Positions 26,501-35,640 of a DNA stretch of 64,000 nucleotides are shown one piece after another. Numbering within the stretch: position 1 is the first letter of the stretch; each line of letters starts with the position of its first letter. Position numbers and translations under genes: made by a program. This DNA is from an uncultured Clostridia bacterium (lineage in GTDB: Bacteria; Bacillota; Clostridia; Christensenellales; CAG-314). The stretch spans positions 3,692 through 67,691 of the forward strand of contig CANQND010000002.1 in NCBI GenBank assembly GCA_947625115.1, in the 5' to 3' direction. Under the pieces are notes generated by a model. That model was not told where the DNA came from. It saw nothing but the letters and a program-made list of their open reading frames with translations, and did not search any database.

Positions 26501-29500
26501 TATTCGTTCCCCCTTGTGTGAATCTGTTGTAATTTTGTTTTAAGAAGCTGTTTTTCCGCTTCGTTGTTGTCAAACCAATCGTGAATGGAAATGCGGTGCA
26601 AATTCCAATTGCGTTCCGTCAAATTTTGGTAGTACAGCAAGTTGTAGTCGAGATAGTCGTACTTGCCGTCCGTGGGCAGTTCGCACCACACGCCCAATTC
26701 CGCTTGCTGTTTGTCCTCGGACAACACGGCGACGGGTATACGCACGGAGCCTTCCGTTACGCCGTAACCCACCACTACGCGGTCCTCGTCGATGCCCAAG
26801 GACTTTATATATTTTACCACGTCCGCAACAAAATGGGAACCTCTTTCCAAAGTGTTGCTCACAAATTGCTTCATTCCCTCTTGCGCGAAGCGTTGCACCA
26901 AGCGCAGATAATCCACGATAAAGGATATGCGCGTGGCTCCGTCCAATTGGTAGGGCAAAACGGAGTGGATAACCGTTACCGAACTCCTTGCGCGGGTAAC
27001 CGCCACGTTAAATATGCACTGACCGAAGTCGTCGCGGTTCAGTTCGCCGAACCTCTTTTGAACGGAACCGTTTTTGTCGCGCCCGTAGGTCAACGACAGT
27101 ATCAGGTGATCCGTTTCCTGTCCCTGAACGCTTTCTATCGTGCGGAAGAATACCGCTTTGTCCCCCACGTCTACCGCCGCTTGCGCGCGCCTGATAGCTT
27201 CGTCCAGCTTGCCGTCGCGAGATACAAGCCGTTGTATTTCTTCCAACTGAGCCTGTCCGAATGCAACCACGCCCACCGAGTAGCCGTCGCGCAATTTGCC
27301 GCTGTCCTCGTCAAAGTACTTGGCAAAGTGTTCTTTGAGCAGTTGCAACGCCTTTTCCGCTTCCGCACGGTTTACGCCGCCCTCGCAGTAGCCCTCCTCA
27401 ACGTAGACGTCGGTAAAGCCCAACCCCTCGCCAAACGGACGAGCCGCGGGGAACGTGCGCATAAACGGATAGAACCTCTTTTGCGAAAACGCGATAAGTG
27501 CCTCGGTGTTGCTACGGTAGTGACACGTAAGCTCGGCGTAGTTGAAAGTGTGCGCGTTCAACGCCAAACTCAACGCGGAGATGTTTTTGTCGAGTTTCAG
27601 TTCCTTGTCGTAGTCCTCTATCACCGCGGCTTTTTGCGCCTTGAAGTGAGTTATGGGCGGCATTTGATGTTCGTCACCCACCAAAACGCACTGTTTGGAG
27701 CGGTACAGCAACGGTACGAGATACACGGGTTCGAGCTGACTTGCTTCGTCCACGATGACCACATCAAAATCGTCGTAGGTTTCGGTGCGGAACAGCACGC
27801 TTGCCGTGGACGGCGACAGAATGAAGCAACGTTTGAGTTTGCAAATGGCGGAGTCGTAGTTTTTGAACATACCGCGCATTGTGTACTTGACGCCCTTATC
27901 TCCCGCAAGGAAAGCGAAATCGGGGTCGTCGGGATCGATGGAAGTCAGACAAGCCTGTTCGATAGCCTTTGCGTTGAGGCGAGCGATTTCCTTTTCGGCG
28001 GCGGAATATTTGCTCAATTCCACTTCCGCCTGATGTCCCATTCCGTTGTGATAGTTGCCCATTTGACCTATGCGATAAACTATCACTGCGTGCAAAAAGT
28101 TGTGTTCTACAAATTCGGCAAAGCGAGATGGTTCCACGATAACGTCGCCCTTTTCCGCCGCCTCAAACAGCTTGCGGGCAGGGATAACGGCGCAAAGCGC
28201 GTCCAACAAAGCGTAGTACTGAATTGCCGCGCCCGCGCAACCCTTGTCGGCGGATTGACGGACAAAGTAGCGCAAATCTTCAACGCTCAAACCCTCGCAA
28301 CCGACGGTGTAGTAGTTTTTGACATATTTGTTGCCGACTTCTTTGAGCAGTTCCGTCGCTTTTGTCAAAGAGTCAACGCATTTTTTGTTCAATTTCGTTA
28401 TCGCGGAAATGATTTGCAAACGAATGGAGTCCGCGATTGCGGAATAAGCGGCGTTCCCGCCGAAACGCAATGCCGCGCAAACCGTTTCAGCCACGGCGAG
28501 AAGTTCCGCCTGAGGCATAGTCAGGTTGGCTTCTTCGCAAATTTGCTTTACGGCGCAAAGCAGTTGCTTTTGAGAAAGATACAGTTCGTAAGCCGCGATC
28601 ACCTCTCCCAACGTTACGCTGTGAGCGGCAAAGGTCACGTCGGGGTCTTTGGTAAGCAACTCGTAGGTCTGTTCCGCAATGTCGATATATCTGCGCAACG
28701 AAACTTTGAGCGTTTTGCTCCTGTGCAACGCCAACGACAACGCCTCGTACTGTTCTTCCGTGAGCAGTTCGGGAACGTTGAGTATTTGCGACATATAGCG
28801 CAATGCCCGTTCCGCCTCGTTGGAACGTACGCAGTAGTTGCGGTAGTCAAGCGCGGCTTTGATAACCTTGTCCGCCGTGAGCAACTTGTCCGAACTGAAC
28901 GCGGATAGTTTTTTGACGGTGTGCGCCGTCTTGAAACCGAGTTTGTCGCCCTCGCGGTACTCCTTTATGTCGTCGTAAACTTTGAGAATGAAATTTTGCT
29001 GTTTTTCCGTCAGGGGCAAATCGAACACTTCGAGCGCGTCCAACTGACTCTTGCGAGCCTCGGTACGCTTGGCGTTGTACGCGTCAACAGTTTCCAACAG
29101 CTTTTCCACGTCAACGGCGTTGTCAAGACTGCCCGAAATGAGCTTTCTGTTGTCGTCGATGAGTTTGAGTTGCGCCAAAGTGAGTTCTTTGTCTACGACG
29201 AGGCGAACAACGCCGTCTACGCCCGCCGCGTCCCCCGTAAATTGCACCGAGGGGTTGGCATTGACGAGATTTTGCCTGTATGTATCCAACTTGCGGCTGA
29301 ACGTTTCCGTTTTGTCGCGGTCCGTTCCCAATTTGGCGATTTTGTCTATTGCGTCGGCGGCATTGGGTTTGAATACGTCCTGTCCCGCAAGCGACAAAAT
29401 GCAGTCCACTGTAAGTTGCTCCAAAGAAACACCGCACGAACGTCGAACGGAATCCAATTCGTCGAGGACGTCTTTGAGCAAGTTGCCTATCTCTTTGTAG

Positions 29501-31083
29501 GCGGGGAGCAACGTTTCGTCCACGTTGACGGAACCGTTTACGTTAAGCCAAGGGCTGTACTTTATCGGACGCTCTTTGCAGAGATTTGCAAACTGTTTTC
29601 CCGCTTCGCTTGCAAGCGATTTGACCTGTTCCAACTGCTCTGCGGTGATTTTTTCCATTTGAGCGGCGGGAGCGAAATCGATAACGGGCAAATCGGCGTT
29701 GGCAAAGTACGCGTCCAAAGCGTCGTAGTAGCATTTGCCCGCCACGGTATCTTTGCCGTACATAACGTTGTAGTAGTTGGCTAGTTTCATAACGGCGTCC
29801 GTCTTGTTGCGCAACGCCGCGTCCAACTTGACGGGTATGGAGCGGTCGGGCGTGTACTCGCGCTTGTAGCGCAAAATGTTGCGAAATTCCATTTTGAGAG
29901 AGGACGGATTGACCGTTGAAGCCTGTTTTTCCGTTTCGTAAGCGAGCATAAGAACAAACTTGCGAAGATTTTCGGGCAGTTTGTTGCTGACTTCCGCCAA
30001 GGCGGAGATCTTTTTGGAAGCGAACATAACTCTCTTGCCCTGCGACATCAATATCGCTATCATATTGGCGATAGTCAAAGTTTTGCCCGTTCCCGGGGGA
30101 CCTTTTATTATGAGCGATTCGCCGCTTGCAACGCGCCCTATCAATTTTTGCTGAATGCTGTCGTGCGGCAGAATAAACTGCAAGCCCACCGATTTTTTCT
30201 GCTCGGGAGTTGCCGCGTGTTCGGGCTGTTGCAAGCCGAACACTTTGGCTACAAGTTCGCTACGATCGATCTTGTCCTTGTTGCGGCGAACGTCGTAGTA
30301 CATACATATATCGCTGTGGTTGTAGGTTGAAATAGCCACCACGTCGCGCGACAACGAAAATGCCGCCTGTTGCGAAACGGTGTTCACGCAATCGTTAAGA
30401 TAACGCTCCACTCTGTCGAAATATTCCCTGCCGTCCGACAAGACGTTCAGATCCAACGCGTCGTCGAAATCCGCTCCGTTGCCGTTTGGGTGAGGAAACC
30501 CCGCCGCAACGGTAGGATACAGTTCGCGCATAAGCGTGATAAGGCAAGGGTTGAAGTAGGCGTCGTCGTCTACAAATTCTATCTCTACGGGGCTGGTTTC
30601 CGACCCCCTGTTGAGCCTTATCGGGTAAATAATCATAGGAGAATTGACAGTTACGAGTTCTCCCTGTTGAGTTATTTGCCAACGCAACGCGCCGACGCTC
30701 AAAAACAGCGGATTGTTGCCTTTAAGGTTGAGTTCGCTGTAATAGTTGTCGATAAATTTGTGCAGATCCTCCACACTTACCGTGCCGTTTGTTTCTTTCC
30801 ACTGCCATTTGACGGAAATACCCGTATCGGGGATCTTGACAAGAGAACTTTTTGCAAGAACCGTTTGATTGCCCGGTTTTCCGTGCCGTTCGCGCGCGGT
30901 GTTGATCATCAATTCGCCCGACGGGGCGTCGGGGAAAGAAAGCAGATAGGTGCGGTTGGACACGGAACTGCGCGCAGTGCCGTCGAAGTCGCCCAAATCC
31001 AACATTCTGTTGGAAGTACCCTCTTCGAGGTGAAGCAGATCTCGGATAAAATCGTCCAAAAAATCTTTGGTGTTATTTGGCAT
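26500..31083 (-). CDS. g8: 1527-aa SF1 helicase of the Upf1/DNA2-like (AAA_11/AAA_12) class, with DUF4011-like N-terminus and C-terminal restriction-endonuclease-like/DUF3320-like region
   Basis: Walker A 'IIKGPPGTGKT' (residues 328-335, nt 30079-30102). Walker B 'VVIVDEASQLEP' (about residue 1112). 'VLVGDEHQMPP', 'YRSNTEALIAF', 'SVQGQETDHLILSL', 'NVAVTRARSSVTVI'. N-terminal 'NPLFLSVGALRW...SPMIIYPIRL' is DUF4011-like. C-terminal 'NWNLHRISIHDWFDNNEAE' is typical of the terminal module in this architecture. Confidence 0.85.
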   Translation of the reverse strand: MPNNTKDFLDDFIRDLLHLEEGTSNRMLDLGDFDGTARSSVSNRTYLLSFPDAPSGELMINTARERHGKPGNQTVLAKSSLVKIPDTGISVKWQWKETNGTVSVEDLHKFIDNYYSELNLKGNNPLFLSVGALRWQITQQGELVTVNSPMIIYPIRLNRGSETSPVEIEFVDDDAYFNPCLITLMRELYPTVAAGFPHPNGNGADFDDALDLNVLSDGREYFDRVERYLNDCVNTVSQQAAFSLSRDVVAISTYNHSDICMYYDVRRNKDKIDRSELVAKVFGLQQPEHAATPEQKKSVGLQFILPHDSIQQKLIGRVASGESLIIKGPPGTGKTLTIANMIAILMSQGKRVMFASKKISALAEVSNKLPENLRKFVLMLAYETEKQASTVNPSSLKMEFRNILRYKREYTPDRSIPVKLDAALRNKTDAVMKLANYYNVMYGKDTVAGKCYYDALDAYFANADLPVIDFAPAAQMEKITAEQLEQVKSLASEAGKQFANLCKERPIKYSPWLNVNGSVNVDETLLPAYKEIGNLLKDVLDELDSVRRSCGVSLEQLTVDCILSLAGQDVFKPNAADAIDKIAKLGTDRDKTETFSRKLDTYRQNLVNANPSVQFTGDAAGVDGVVRLVVDKELTLAQLKLIDDNRKLISGSLDNAVDVEKLLETVDAYNAKRTEARKSQLDALEVFDLPLTEKQQNFILKVYDDIKEYREGDKLGFKTAHTVKKLSAFSSDKLLTADKVIKAALDYRNYCVRSNEAERALRYMSQILNVPELLTEEQYEALSLALHRSKTLKVSLRRYIDIAEQTYELLTKDPDVTFAAHSVTLGEVIAAYELYLSQKQLLCAVKQICEEANLTMPQAELLAVAETVCAALRFGGNAAYSAIADSIRLQIISAITKLNKKCVDSLTKATELLKEVGNKYVKNYYTVGCEGLSVEDLRYFVRQSADKGCAGAAIQYYALLDALCAVIPARKLFEAAEKGDVIVEPSRFAEFVEHNFLHAVIVYRIGQMGNYHNGMGHQAEVELSKYSAAEKEIARLNAKAIEQACLTSIDPDDPDFAFLAGDKGVKYTMRGMFKNYDSAICKLKRCFILSPSTASVLFRTETYDDFDVVIVDEASQLEPVYLVPLLYRSKQCVLVGDEHQMPPITHFKAQKAAVIEDYDKELKLDKNISALSLALNAHTFNYAELTCHYRSNTEALIAFSQKRFYPFMRTFPAARPFGEGLGFTDVYVEEGYCEGGVNRAEAEKALQLLKEHFAKYFDEDSGKLRDGYSVGVVAFGQAQLEEIQRLVSRDGKLDEAIRRAQAAVDVGDKAVFFRTIESVQGQETDHLILSLTYGRDKNGSVQKRFGELNRDDFGQCIFNVAVTRARSSVTVIHSVLPYQLDGATRISFIVDYLRLVQRFAQEGMKQFVSNTLERGSHFVADVVKYIKSLGIDEDRVVVGYGVTEGSVRIPVAVLSEDKQQAELGVWCELPTDGKYDYLDYNLLYYQNLTERNWNLHRISIHDWFDNNEAEKQLLKTKLQQIHTRGNE

Positions 31084-31097
31084 AAGTATATTTTCCT

Positions 31098-33023
31098 TTA
31101 ATTAAAATTCATCGAATTCCACGAGCGGGTGCGGGCTTCGTCGCAGTCGTACTCAAAAGCTCTTGCGTCCGCCTCGTACATATGTACCTTGTACACGTTA
31201 GAATGAGTGTTGCCGTTGTAAATTTGACGGGTTTCTTTCCACAGCATTACTCTCCCGCGACTGATACCCATATTGAGAAAGTGCCAATCCGTCCAAGCAC
31301 CGTTTACCAACGCGCTTTGCAGAGAGTGGAAAGATTCGTGTACTATCGTGCCGAACGTCCAATCGATATTGAGCGTACACGACAACTTAAACTGTATACA
31401 TTTGCCACCGTCGCAACACAATCCGCCCGCCGTTTGGTTTTCGAGTTCATCTAACAATTCCACTTTGGGGAAGTTTTCGGATACGGGCAGACGAAGTATC
31501 TGATACACCGAACGCACCGCCTGACGAAGCCTGTTTTCCATTTCATCTCGTTCCAGACGTTGCCACACGCTCTTGTCGTCTGTTCCCAAAGTGCAGTAAC
31601 GCGCGATCATTCCGCATTTGGCAAAAACCGATTCGTTGCTGTCCACAATGAGCCTTATGTTGTTTCTGTCTATGTCGCGAATGAGGTCGTAATTGAAACC
31701 GCCGTAAACGCTACGCTGTTTTTCGTACTGCGAAAAGTCGCCCCAACCGGAGTCTATAACCAAATACACCGCCGAGAGGTGTTCGAGATAGTTAAGTACT
31801 GCCTTACTGTGCGCGTTGGAAATACGTCTGCATTTATCCTGCCAACGAGCGTCGCCCGCGCCGTGCAATTTGAGAAGTTGGCTGAACCCGCAAAATCCCA
31901 AAAAGGGCATAGACTGCAAAATTTCGTCGCCGTTGACTTCGTTTACTATTTTTCTGGCGATGAGTTCTTCCTTGGCAGAGGCGTAGACGGGCATAGATAT
32001 GTATTCCAGACTTATGTCCGCTATGGACACGTCGTCGCCCTCTTCGCCCGCAAGTTCCATTGCGCGCTTGTTGAGGTGAGCGGTGCCGCTTGTGTCCGTC
32101 AAGTAAATTTTCAACCCCCGTTTGCCCAAACGCATTGCAAGCATAAGCAACGCGTCGCATTTCTCCACGGGTAACGACAGGGCGTTTTCAACAATGCAAA
32201 CGGCGTTTTGTTCGCAGATGTAGCCGAACAATGTTTGCAAAAAATCTTCTTCCTTGTCTGCAAGTCCGCTTGCTTCCACGCACAGCAACTTGCCGTCATC
32301 GCCGCATTGATAAGCGGCAAACAGGCGAGCGTCGTCCGTCAACGGGGTGCTTAGCACAACGGCGTTGGCTTTGCCTCCCTCGGTGTACTCGGGCATAGGA
32401 AACACTTCGTAATCGCGGCGGTAGTAAGTTATATCCTTGATGTAGGCGTTTGCCGTCTGCACGATAACGCGCTGTTTTGCAGTTTGGAACAGCTTTTCGC
32501 AATCGTCGAGGTATTCGGCGGCGCGCTGTTTGAGATCGCCGAGCTGTAACAGAGGAACGTCCGTTACAAAGTTACATTCTTTCAACAGTTCGCGAGAACG
32601 CGCGGCGCACGACAAGGCTTGCGTACACAAATCGACGTCGGTTACCGCTCCGCCGAAAACGCGGCGGTACTTGACCGTTTCTCCGAGAGCGGCATTCAAA
32701 TCAGTGGCGAACTTGGCAAATTTTTCCACTATGGCGGCGGTTTTTCCGTAGCCGTTTTGGTTCGCCTCGGCAATAGCCTGCTCGAAGTACTGCTTTGCCG
32801 CAACGTAGTTTTCCTCTGCAAACCCGTCCGCATACGCCAACAAACGCAACTTGGCGTTCAGGCGCAGGCGTAACGCTTTGGCGTTGTCCCGCTTGTCGTC
32901 AAACAGGTTGGGGTTGTCTATTATCGCGTTGAGGCACTCCGACTCGGAATGAAGTTTTTTCAAATCCAGACAATCGAAATATGCCTTGTTGATACGTGAA
33001 AGTTGTTCCGAAAGAGAAGCCAT
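31098..33023 (-). CDS. g7: 641-aa protein, helical/TPR-like N-terminus, C-terminal HExxH (zincin-like) module
   Basis: 'GTIVHESFHSLQ' (HESFH at nt 31326-31340) is followed 51 residues later by 'YEADARAF', a possible gluzincin third ligand. The start lies 1 nt after the g6 stop. Confidence 0.6.
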   Translation of the reverse strand: MASLSEQLSRINKAYFDCLDLKKLHSESECLNAIIDNPNLFDDKRDNAKALRLRLNAKLRLLAYADGFAEENYVAAKQYFEQAIAEANQNGYGKTAAIVEKFAKFATDLNAALGETVKYRRVFGGAVTDVDLCTQALSCAARSRELLKECNFVTDVPLLQLGDLKQRAAEYLDDCEKLFQTAKQRVIVQTANAYIKDITYYRRDYEVFPMPEYTEGGKANAVVLSTPLTDDARLFAAYQCGDDGKLLCVEASGLADKEEDFLQTLFGYICEQNAVCIVENALSLPVEKCDALLMLAMRLGKRGLKIYLTDTSGTAHLNKRAMELAGEEGDDVSIADISLEYISMPVYASAKEELIARKIVNEVNGDEILQSMPFLGFCGFSQLLKLHGAGDARWQDKCRRISNAHSKAVLNYLEHLSAVYLVIDSGWGDFSQYEKQRSVYGGFNYDLIRDIDRNNIRLIVDSNESVFAKCGMIARYCTLGTDDKSVWQRLERDEMENRLRQAVRSVYQILRLPVSENFPKVELLDELENQTAGGLCCDGGKCIQFKLSCTLNIDWTFGTIVHESFHSLQSALVNGAWTDWHFLNMGISRGRVMLWKETRQIYNGNTHSNVYKVHMYEADARAFEYDCDEARTRSWNSMNFN

Positions 33024-33024
33024 A

Positions 33025-34536
33025 TTACTTGTCGTCGTCCGTCAAACGGTACGGATCTTCCGTGTTGTTTTGAGAGTTTTGCTCTTGTTGGTTTTGCTGG
33101 TTGCTTTGAGGTTGTTGAGAACCGCCCATAGCGAACTGTTTCAACATCTCGTCGTCGCCCTCCGAAATAACGTCGGGTTGAACGTGAATTTTTTGCTCTG
33201 GTACGTCATCGTAGAGTTCTTCGTCTTGCATACTGCGTTCGCTGATGTCCTCCGAAATATCCTGCAACTGACTGAGATATTCCTTTGCCTCGTTGTTTAC
33301 GCGGAGAGCTTCGTTCTTGACGCGTATAAGAGCCATAGACGCGCTTTCGGCGTTTTTGCGCCCGTAGTTGCCCGAAAGCACCGCCACGATGTCGCCGAAA
33401 TCGAGTTGGCTGATAAGGCGACCCGCATTTGCGGGGTGAGCGTCGATCTCCGCCTGTAACGGGAGCAGTACTTCCAACTTGTAGATGTCCAAAATAGCCA
33501 AACGCGCTTTGTTGCTTTGCTGTTGAGCCTGCAACATTGCTTTAAGTTTTTCCTGTTCCGCTTGCAAACGTTTTATATTTGTGGCAAGCGCGGCTCTGCG
33601 CTGTTGAAGCGTAACGTTGTCGCCGTTGTTTTCCACTTCTTTGAATATGCCCTGCAATTCCACGCGTATATCGGCAAGTTGTTGCTCTATTTCGTTGATA
33701 CGGCTGCCGATCTTCCCCGTGGGGTCGGTCAGGCGGCTTTCTTCCTGTTTGAGGCGTTCGCAGAAACGCTGGAAGTCGTTCAACGCCTGTTGCGCGCCCG
33801 ACAGCTGTCCTACGCCGTCCTCTTTGTAATGGGGGAACGGTTTTTCGGCTCGGTCCTTGGGTTTAACTTCTTCCGTCATCTGCGCCCATTTGGAAGCGGA
33901 CTCTATTGCCGCGTCCATCTCGGCGAGGTCGGAATTTGTGCAGAATGCGTTTAGCAAGTGACTGCGTACGTTCATCAAAGCAACCATTATGTGGCAAGCG
34001 CACTCACACGCTTGCTTACTGCTGAAATCGCAAACGCCCTCCAACGCTACCAACAAAGCCGTAGCCTTTTTCTTAATTTCGTTTAGTACTTCCTCCTGTT
34101 GAACAATTTGCTCTCCGAATATCGCGACATTGCCAAGAAGAGTATCTATCGCGCTTATGGTAGTCTGCACCGTCTTGACAATTTCCTCGCGCGCGCTCGG
34201 TTGAGATTGTTCTTGTTTGTTTTTGTTTTTCATAATCTTCTTTACCTGTCCTTGTAGTTTTTGTATCTTTTTTATGTCCGCTTCGTCTTGTATTTCCGTC
34301 AGCTCCACAACTATGTCGGCAAGATCCCTCAAACTGTCCTTTACCTTACCGAACCCGTTGTTTACGCCGTAGATACACAGTTCCAAGATGTGTTCTATCG
34401 TTTCGATAGCCAAGGGCTTTGCGTCCTTGTAGAAACCGTGTCTGACGATATAGTCGGCGGTAAATTTGGGATTTACGCCCAAATTCCTCTTGGCCAACAC
34501 CGCCTCTATGCGTTGCATCATATTTTTCATTTCCAT
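33025..34536 (-). CDS. g6: 503-aa predicted helical/coiled-coil protein with Gln/Asn-rich acidic C-terminal tail
   Basis: Long heptad-like stretches ('INEIEQQLADIRVELQGIFKEVE', 'IKRLQAEQEKLKAMLQAQQQS'). Tail 'GGSQQPQSNQQNQQEQNSQNNTEDPYRLTDDDK'. RBS AAGAGGTG. Confidence 0.6.
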   Translation of the reverse strand: MEMKNMMQRIEAVLAKRNLGVNPKFTADYIVRHGFYKDAKPLAIETIEHILELCIYGVNNGFGKVKDSLRDLADIVVELTEIQDEADIKKIQKLQGQVKKIMKNKNKQEQSQPSAREEIVKTVQTTISAIDTLLGNVAIFGEQIVQQEEVLNEIKKKATALLVALEGVCDFSSKQACECACHIMVALMNVRSHLLNAFCTNSDLAEMDAAIESASKWAQMTEEVKPKDRAEKPFPHYKEDGVGQLSGAQQALNDFQRFCERLKQEESRLTDPTGKIGSRINEIEQQLADIRVELQGIFKEVENNGDNVTLQQRRAALATNIKRLQAEQEKLKAMLQAQQQSNKARLAILDIYKLEVLLPLQAEIDAHPANAGRLISQLDFGDIVAVLSGNYGRKNAESASMALIRVKNEALRVNNEAKEYLSQLQDISEDISERSMQDEELYDDVPEQKIHVQPDVISEGDDEMLKQFAMGGSQQPQSNQQNQQEQNSQNNTEDPYRLTDDDK

Positions 34537-34548
34537 TGCCGCACCTCT

Positions 34549-35640
34549 TTACCCTTTGTTGACCGAAGCGAGGACGTGAGCTACCAAATCCTTTGTGGCG
34601 TGAGGTATGCTCTCCCACCAATGGTTGCAAAACGCCAATACGTCGTCGGGATAGAATATGTAGTCGTTTTTGGTTTGACTTGCCTTGCGTTGAAGTTGCG
34701 CCAAGGGCAACATTCCCTCGCTTTCGAGATACTTTTTGTAACCGACTAACCTGCGGTTGCGACTGCTTGCAAAACACAAATAGTAGTCGTCGTCGGGTTC
34801 GATTGTGTTGTTTTGCAAAAATTCCTTGTCGGTAATGCGGCAGGGCATTTCGTTTTGGTGAATGAGATACAGCCTCAACTCGGAACGGTTGGTAAAGTAC
34901 TCTATCGCCGAAGTTTCCTTTTTGCCCAAACGGTAACGGCTGTTTGCCCAATCGGAAAAGGTTTCGCCGTTTACGTACATCAAGCCGAAAAGCGGAGTTC
35001 TGCCGTCGTGCAACGACATATTCAACAAAGAAGTTATGCGCGCACTGTCGTCCGACTCGGGAACGCTCGTTTCGCGACGGGCGGGTATTTCGTCCAACAA
35101 ACCCAAAGAGAACATCTGACCCGCCTTTTCGTCGTAGTCGAAAGAGCGGTTTTGACCGTTACGCAATTGGTCGGGAGGGTTTTGCAACAAGTCGAGATGA
35201 CGGCGGGCGGCGATTTTGCGCAGGTACACCGATTTAGACACCGTTTTGCCGCGAAATTCGTTGCGCCAAATTCTTTCATAGTAGTTGCAAGCCACCTTGA
35301 AAGCCGTTATGTTGTCCACATTGGCGTGATTTGTTTCGTAGTAGTAGGCAAGCCGCAAAAGCGCGTTGGGATTGCCGCCGAGAGCCGCCTGTTTGCACAG
35401 TTCCACCGCTTTGGTTATCTTTTCGTGGGCAAGTTTGGCGTTTTGGTGACTGTTGTCCACGCGCGACAGGGTTTGCAACGCTTCGTGAAAGAGAATTTCC
35501 GACAGCGTGAATTTTTCGGAGTTTTCCGTTGTGATCTCGAACTCCTTGATAGTTATCGGTTTTTTGCATTTGACGCACACAAATTCGCCGCTGTACAATT
35601 CGTACACATCTCTTTCCTTACCGCATTTTTCACAACGCAT
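34549..35640 (-). CDS. g5: zinc-ribbon plus Sel1/TPR-like repeat protein (363 aa)
   Basis: ORF 34549..35697, trimmed to ATG 35640 (RBS GGGAGGAA). N-terminal 'CEKCGK-x15-CVKCKK' is a zinc ribbon. 'AALGGNPNALLRLAYYYETN' is Sel1-like. The start overlaps the g4 3' end by 11 nt. Confidence 0.65.
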   Translation of the reverse strand: MRCEKCGKERDVYELYSGEFVCVKCKKPITIKEFEITTENSEKFTLSEILFHEALQTLSRVDNSHQNAKLAHEKITKAVELCKQAALGGNPNALLRLAYYYETNHANVDNITAFKVACNYYERIWRNEFRGKTVSKSVYLRKIAARRHLDLLQNPPDQLRNGQNRSFDYDEKAGQMFSLGLLDEIPARRETSVPESDDSARITSLLNMSLHDGRTPLFGLMYVNGETFSDWANSRYRLGKKETSAIEYFTNRSELRLYLIHQNEMPCRITDKEFLQNNTIEPDDDYYLCFASSRNRRLVGYKKYLESEGMLPLAQLQRKASQTKNDYIFYPDDVLAFCNHWWESIPHATKDLVAHVLASVNKG

